This document shows, piece by piece, positions 57,746-64,000 of a stretch of 64,000 bases of DNA; the stretch's first letter is position 1, and each line of letters begins with the position of its first letter. Origin of the DNA: Amoebophrya sp. A120. Lineage: Eukaryota; Protista; Dinoflagellata. The stretch lies in contig CAJINV010000001.1 of the NCBI GenBank assembly GCA_905178155.1, forward strand, positions 5,832,750 through 5,896,749. Reading direction: 5' to 3'. Under the pieces are notes generated by a model. It saw only the letters and a list, made by a program, of their open reading frames with translations, was not told the origin of the DNA and did not search any database. The translations under genes were made by a program, and so were the position numbers.

Positions 57746-59353
57746 ATGTCCTCCGCAGCCCCCGCAGCCCCGACCGCCACTATCCGGGTCCGGAATTTTT
57801 CCGGTAAGGAAGTGAGCATGACGGTCAACCCGGAAAAGTGCAAAAGCGTTGGCGATTTGGTCGAAAATTTTTACGCACAGAGCCTCGTGCAAAAGTTTTT
57901 TGACCATGACCAGCTGTTGCCGCCCAAGCACCGCCTGATGTGGTTGAAGTGCAGCGAAGAAGAAGCCTCTGAGAGCGAAGCGCCCGCGATGGACTTTCTA
58001 ACGGCCGATGCCGAGTTGCAGCTGGAGGATTTATCTCAGGAAGGCGCTAAAGAGGGACCGGTGTTCCAGTTTGCTGTACAGGCCGCGCGAGACTGGCATG
58101 GCGAGCTCGATTTTCTTGTGGGTGCAAAAGAAGTATCGAACGCAGCTACAGAAAAAGACATCCGCCGCCTTATCAGACATAGGCTACGAAGCGTCGAAGC
58201 CTTCTTCGATCACATGACACTGCGGGATGCCCAAGACTTTATTTTCGATAGAGCGTATCTGGTTCCTCCATTGCGTTTTGCTACAGACTACAAGGACATC
58301 AGCCAGAACCCGTGGGACAGCTTTTTGCTTTTCCTGACACACAGTCTCCCGTACGACGAGTACGGCGACGGCGACCAGGACTATTTTTTACGCGGCACTG
58401 GATATGACCGCCCATCTTGGGCTCTAATGCGAACAGCTGTCGAGCTTCCAGTGCAAGAGTGGAAGAAGCATGCCGTCGACTCGTTGTTCTTTCCCCTGCA
58501 CAAACTCGACAGGTTTGCATATGAGTGCGTCCACGATTTTTTGTTCGCGAAACGCTGCGAAAGACGCGGTGGCTGGAGTGGCGTTGAAGCAGTTCTGAAG
58601 ACCGCACTGAGCGTCTCCGAAATAACCACGGGTGCAGCAGCGGAGATGATTGCGGCCCATTTCGCCCCGACAGATCGTGACGGAGGAACGTACTCGGGCT
58701 GGCTGCTCAGAAACGGAAACAACGCATCTGCGGCAGCTAGCCCTGATCTGTATGTCGGCAGATTCTCGAATCAACGCAGCGCAGTGTCTCTGCTTCTGCA
58801 GTACCTTCATGCTAGAAGCAAGCTCTGCGCTTTTTGCGAGGCAGTTGGTGGCCTTCTGGGATTGGCAACTTCAAAGGCGCGATGCCTGACGCTTACAGAC
58901 GATGTGGCTAGGGGCGCGCGGTGTAATTCGGCAAGGCCGGCAGCTGACGACGGTGTCGCACGAGAGGCTGCAGAGCGGCAGGCGAACAAAGATCTACGCA
59001 GACAACTGAGACGGGTCGGCAACACGCTTGGTGGCCAGCCAACTTACGCGATCGGTACTCTGCTTCTGTTAGACAGCGAAATCAGGAAGGTTGCGCCATC
59101 GTCATCGCACGACTTCAGTCGTATCGTCAAAGAACTGGAAGAGCACGCTGCCAAAGTAAAAACTGACGTGGTGCAGGCTTTCGAGGACGTTGGCCTGGCC
59201 GCCAAATTTCGGAAAATCCTCCCATTACTCTCGGCAACCATGACTTGGGACGATTGTGCTGCGTACTTGCGGCGCGAACCTCCCTCGGAGCGCCTGCTTC
59301 TAGGACCACACCCGCACATCGTTGCTGCAACAGAGGACACAGAGGTCATGTGA
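57746..59353 (+). CDS. Tandem family member 5, subfamily I
   Basis: Close paralog of the 54608 gene. Intronless over the ORF. Confidence 0.8.
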   Translation: MSSAAPAAPTATIRVRNFSGKEVSMTVNPEKCKSVGDLVENFYAQSLVQKFFDHDQLLPPKHRLMWLKCSEEEASESEAPAMDFLTADAELQLEDLSQEGAKEGPVFQFAVQAARDWHGELDFLVGAKEVSNAATEKDIRRLIRHRLRSVEAFFDHMTLRDAQDFIFDRAYLVPPLRFATDYKDISQNPWDSFLLFLTHSLPYDEYGDGDQDYFLRGTGYDRPSWALMRTAVELPVQEWKKHAVDSLFFPLHKLDRFAYECVHDFLFAKRCERRGGWSGVEAVLKTALSVSEITTGAAAEMIAAHFAPTDRDGGTYSGWLLRNGNNASAAASPDLYVGRFSNQRSAVSLLLQYLHARSKLCAFCEAVGGLLGLATSKARCLTLTDDVARGARCNSARPAADDGVAREAAERQANKDLRRQLRRVGNTLGGQPTYAIGTLLLLDSEIRKVAPSSSHDFSRIVKELEEHAAKVKTDVVQAFEDVGLAAKFRKILPLLSATMTWDDCAAYLRREPPSERLLLGPHPHIVAATEDTEVM

Positions 59354-60089
59354 CGAGTCTTCGGGTGACTCGTGGGAAGAAGAAGACCTGTTGGATGAGG
59401 AGTGAGAGAACCTTGGCGAAGACGGTAACTTGGTGGAGAGGGCACAAGATGAAGATACATAGATGGTCAAGATAGAGATTATGCCGCCAGTGCTGCTGCC
59501 ATCCCGGAAGTCTCAAAGATGGAAGAAGGCAAGTGATACATGCAACTTTTGTGATGAAGAGAGTTACAATAATCGATCGTTGCGCTTTCAAACGCGACCC
59601 AGGCACCCATTCTTTCACATTATTTTCGAGAATGAATTGACAACCGATTTCGATTTCCCTTTTTACTTCGAAATTACAGAAGGACCACGGGGCGTTACAG
59701 TTTTTATCGTGTCTGTTAGTGTTGGCGAAGCCGCAGACGCGCGACATTGTTCAGTGTACTTGCGACTAGAACGCAGCGCCAGTCTAGTGGAAGCCGTGAT
59801 CAGCACAGTATCAGGATCAAAATGTTGCACGCACGATCTCTGCCAAGGGAAACGTGCAGGTTTTGGAGAGTTCTCGACGATCGATAACTTTTCTTGTTCT
59901 TTGTCGGTCTATATCCAGGTTTTTGTATTGCAAAATGGAACTGCATTTTTTTCGATTTTGAGAGAAACCTCTCATAAGCAGTCGTGCACTGATCGGCGTC
60001 CACCGTACGTCTTTTTTGCAAAAGGCTTTATGCTATCCTCCCATCCCCTTCTCACCCACCAACAACGCAGTGAGTGAAAACCCACGAAG

Positions 60090-61019
60090 ATGACTTCCTC
60101 GTCCTCTTCGGGCGTGACAGCCAACGCCCTCCGGATCGGTCGGACGGGCGCGAGCCGGGTGATTTTTGGTCACGGGTTGGGCGACAGCCCCCGCGGGTGG
60201 GCGGACGTGTGCGGGTTTTGGAGCCGCGAGATACCGCACATCCAGTTCGTCCTCCCCGCGGCGCCGATGCGCGAGGTCACCCTGAACGACGGCATGCTGA
60301 TGCCGGCATGGTACGACCTGCCGTCGCAAGAAACCCTGGCCAGCTACGACAGCCGGTTGCACATGGACGCGGTTGGCATTGAAGAAGCGGTCGCTATGTA
60401 CAGCGAGCACGTGCTGGACCCGGCGCAGACCGTGTTTGCGGGGTTTTCGCAGGGCGCGGGTGTCGCCCTGTACACCGGCGTGAGCGCCGCGTTGGTCAGC
60501 AAAGCCCGGGGCCGCGCCGGGGTGCCGCTCGGTATCTTGGCGCTCAGCGGATACCTTCCCGCAACGAAATCCCTGCTGGCGCTGGCGGACTCCCTGCGGA
60601 AAGACGTCATTGCCAACAAACCGCTCGGGGGTGGTGCTACTGGTGAGAGTACAACTACTTCCAGCAAGAAGAGCGCAGATGATCAAAATAAATCCGGGAG
60701 CGGTGCTGGAGCAACAAGTACAACTGGAAAAATGGAAGAGGACCCGTCCGCTGCCCTGACTCCGTTGGATGTTTTGGATTGTTCACATGTTCCGGTGTTG
60801 CTGTGCCACGGAACCGAGGACACGATGGTCTCGTTCGACAACGCGGTGAAGACGAAAAATTTCCTTTTCGAGGAGTTTTCGATCCAGGCCGAACTCGCGG
60901 AGTTTCCGGGCATGGGCCACGAAGCCTGCCAGGAAGAGGTGGACCGGGTGACAAAGTGGCTCAGAGACCGCTTCCGCAACTTCGGAAACGTGGAAGACGT
61001 GCAACCGTCAACTCTGTGA
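60090..61019 (+). CDS. Acyl-protein thioesterase / lysophospholipase (abhydrolase_2)
   Basis: Motifs HGLGDS, VTLNDGMLMPAWYD, GFSQG, LSGYLP, HGTEDTMV and GMGH, with the Ser-Asp-His triad present. Confidence 0.9.
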   Translation: MTSSSSSGVTANALRIGRTGASRVIFGHGLGDSPRGWADVCGFWSREIPHIQFVLPAAPMREVTLNDGMLMPAWYDLPSQETLASYDSRLHMDAVGIEEAVAMYSEHVLDPAQTVFAGFSQGAGVALYTGVSAALVSKARGRAGVPLGILALSGYLPATKSLLALADSLRKDVIANKPLGGGATGESTTTSSKKSADDQNKSGSGAGATSTTGKMEEDPSAALTPLDVLDCSHVPVLLCHGTEDTMVSFDNAVKTKNFLFEEFSIQAELAEFPGMGHEACQEEVDRVTKWLRDRFRNFGNVEDVQPSTL

Positions 61020-61621
61020 GGACCAATTTTCAACAAAGACAGACAGAAAACAGATCTGGATCATCGCTGCAGTGTCTCGACCGGGTTCATTTGTTTCCTC
61101 GGTCAAGCTGTTGCAATTTTTTTCTGAGTCTCAATTTGTGTTTCGATAACGTGTTAAACTTTGTCTTTGAAGGACCCAGCAGAGGAGAAGAAAAGATCGA
61201 GATCTTTCGCTTAACAAGCGGCATCCGGTTCTTCTGAAAAAAAGGATGAGTTTGAAGATGTGTAACTAAGCAGTCCGCTGCAAATTTTCCCTAAATTATT
61301 CCAAACGGCCGCAGCAAGTCAGCATGGGATCATAGAATTAGAAGTTCCTGGTGATCGCGGTAACGCAAAGATCGTTGCATCTATACAAAAGCGAGATCGA
61401 ATCATTACAGCAGTTTGTTTCCGATCTTCAGCAGTTGCGATGCGAATTCGATGGATCCCACGCACAGCATGTCCACCCGTGTTTCTCTGTTGTACCATCA
61501 AGTCATTTTTCTACATCTTCTCAGTGAAAAAAGTGAAATAGAACACGTTGCGACCACTTGAACCCCAATATTTATTAGAGTTACCCCCACGGATATTTCC
61601 GATCCAAGTAGCTATCCATCG

Positions 61622-64000
61622 ATGGAAGTAGAGGAGTTTTGTGTGTCGTTCCGGGCGGAGCGCGGGTACAAGTTTGCGCACACCTCCGCGACGGGCGCGG
61701 ATGAAATTCGGGCCTTGCGGGTGGTCGAAGCGCTGAGCTCAGGCAGTGCCGAGTCCGGAGAGGACCAACTCCGCTACCATGACTTGTTCTCGACCTTGCT
61801 GGGCGCTCTGCGCGGGCAGTCACCGGCCGAGAAGGAGCATGAAGTTCTTGCAGGTCGAGGAATTATGCCGCTCCAAGTGCCGTCGAATTCTTCAAACGGG
61901 ATCATGCAAGATGGTCAACCATCAACCGTAGCAGGGGGGGCGGGACCTACTGTAGTAATGCAGGGACCTTCACACTCGCAGTCCGGGAGTCCAGGCGACA
62001 TGATGCTGAGTCCCGGACAAGAGCAGCGGGAGGTACTATCGAGTGCAGCGGGCTCGCCGGATCAGCCCCTGCAGCGAACGCCGGACCAGCATCGGCTGCA
62101 TCCGGATGGTCATAATTTCGCCGGCTCTCCGCAGCCCAGCGCCAGTTTGTCCGCTACAAACGGCCCGCAGCAGCAACAGTCCTCTAGCGCGCACTCCCCG
62201 GACCAGCTGAATCATGCGCTAGTTCTGGCCGAGGATCAGCCGTTTGCCTTGCAACAAGGATCTGGTCATCTGCCTTTCGTGCAATTGGCCGGCCGCCGTC
62301 CACGGGTGATCGCGCCGAGGTGTGGCGACTTTATCTCTAGTAATAGACAAGTGAAGATGAACACAGCTGCAAATAACGGCCTGGCCGTCGACGTGCTGGG
62401 AGGGGTGCCAAGTTCCGTCGCAAACGCGAGCAAGTTCTCCAACAACTCCAACGCGCCGAACAAGGCGTTTCTGAGTTTCCTCGACGGGCCGCGGATCCAC
62501 ATCATCCGCAAGAACAAGCCGGTCACGTTATCCTGAGTAAAAACGTACCCACACCAGAATTGTAATGCAGATTTGCAAAGACAGGAAGACTTGTAACGCG
62601 CATCCCCATGAGAGCCATTTCCAATCGTGTTTTGGAATTTGTGATGCTGTGAGCAGGATGAGCAGATGAGTCTGTGATGCGGCTGCACTTGCTAACCTGC
62701 ACTACAGTGCAAAGCGCAACTTGTCATGCGTGACTCACAAAGCTCCTAGGGTTGTGCTGCAGAATCCCCATCCTGACTCGACGTGCTGGGAGGGGTGCCA
62801 TTGCGCCATTTTTCCAGTAGCATGCCGCTCAAGTGCCAACAGGGCGAGAGCCCTGCAAGACCGGGCTGCGAATGTAAGAAATCGGGAAAAAAATGCCGTA
62901 TACCTGCGCAATTCCTTATATGTGAATAACAAGGTGGGCGGGCGGGGTTCTTCACATTTTTGGAAACGCCCACCGCCCCGACACAAACAGTATTCTTGGA
63001 AGCGGAGGGGGGGCGCGGGACCCCCATCAAGTCGCCGCGGCGCGAAGCCGCAAATCCTTGGGCCACGTCTACCACCAGAAGTATTCCGCCCGGGGGCCGC
63101 TCCATGAGTCCATGAGTCCAAAAAAAAAATGGGGGCCGGGCAAAAAAAAAAAAAAATCCCCATCCTGACTCTGGTGTGGGTACGTTTTTACTCAGGATAC
63201 ACGTACTTGCTCGACATCCAGGATTTTTCCTGCGCGGATTGGCAACCCAACTGCCGAACAGGGACGCTGGCACTCAGCGCCGGCTCGCACGTGTTCCTCT
63301 TTCGGTTGAACCTCTTTCACGACAGTCTCGAGCAAATTGCGCAGTTTCGGCTGCCCAGCAACCGGCGGGTGCTGGACTTGAAGTGGTCGCCGGACGGGAG
63401 GAGACTGCTGGCCGTGGACTTCTTCGGCCACTACCATGTCTGGGAGCACGCATCGCGGTTGCAACGACCCATCACGCTGAAACCGCCACTGAAGGGCGTG
63501 CTGGCGGGACCTATATCCTGGTTGAGCAGCAAATTTTCGAAGAAAAATAAAAAAGGTGCAACATCATCTTCTGCAAAGAAGAACGACAGCGACAATAATG
63601 CAGCGGCGGAGAGAAATAAAAACTCTTCGGCCACTACTGGCGCTCCAGTATCGCAAATACTGTGGAACCCGGAAGGCAACATGTTCTGCGGGTTCTCGGA
63701 CAGTGGGCACCTGGAAATTTGGGACGCGGTCAGGTACGAGCGCGTGTTCGAAATGAGCGACTTGGATTTGAAGCCGCGGATCGCCGGAAACGTGCCCCAG
63801 CGAGGCAGCTTCGTGTTCGGGTTAGAAGGCGAAGAAGGCGGGAACATGTATGAGGTAAGAAACAGAGGCAGCACTTATGTCTCAATATGCTTTTTTTCTT
63901 CGTCAATGAATCAGCATGTGTGATTTAGTTCACATTTATCGTGACACCCAAACAATCAACCAAACCCATCACCAGGTTCCGTGGCGACTCCGTGACATGC
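61622..64000 (+). CDS. WD40-repeat protein, possibly Aladin/AAAS-like; inferred exons 61622-62528, 63205-63854, 63976->end (3'-partial)
   Basis: Removing 62529-63204 gives KPVT|YLLDIQDF in frame. WD blades DWQPN..LAL, LKWSPDGRRLLA..HVWE and ILWNPEG..LEIWD. Confidence 0.65.
62529..63199. mobile_element. Introner family A copy 2 (279 bp: 62529-62779 plus 63172-63199), split by a short retro-insertion
   Basis: Same TIR as copy 1 with one substitution. 5-bp TSD CACGT at 62524-62528 and 63200-63204. Reconstructed length is identical at 279 bp. Confidence 0.93.
62780..63154 (+). mobile_element. SINE-like or 5'-truncated retroposon (375 bp) with poly(A) tail
   Basis: 17-bp TSD AATCCCCATCCTGACTC at 62763-62779 and 63155-63171. 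Ends in an A15 run (63142-63156) preceded by an A10 run. The equivalent site in copy 1 is empty. Confidence 0.85.

Noticed and set aside
62805-62833. GCCATTTT...GCTCAAG resembling an interrupted spliced leader at the SINE 5' end
   Set aside because: Two short matches separated by about 14 nt are compatible with chance.

Overview
Gene-dense eukaryotic genomic DNA, most likely a syndinian dinoflagellate (Amoebophrya-like). This is inferred from the dinoflagellate spliced-leader motif, about 17 host genes all on the + strand, and non-canonical introns bounded by terminal inverted repeats (TIRs). Host genes include two DUF4116-repeat proteins, an EF-hand-like protein, an RFC small subunit, TMEM14, a GBP-like GTPase/RING protein, monodehydroascorbate reductase, ethanolamine-phosphate cytidylyltransferase, a five-copy tandem family with a ubiquitin-like N-terminus, an acyl-protein thioesterase and an Aladin-like WD40 protein. 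Eight MITE-like TIR elements ('introners') interrupt coding frames; for six of them, removing the element plus one target-site copy restores the frame exactly. The most striking structure is nested. An 11.4-kb APE-RT-RNaseH non-LTR retrotransposon, starting with two tandem spliced-leader relics and flanked by an 18-bp TSD, sits inside a 279-bp introner within a gene whose frame remains restorable. A second copy of the same introner carries an independent 375-bp poly(A)-tailed retro-insertion with a 17-bp TSD. Seven of the eight introners carry a dense internal TGTVATGC motif, and the LINE target site begins exactly on one such motif. Exon models are frame-consistency inferences made without transcript data.
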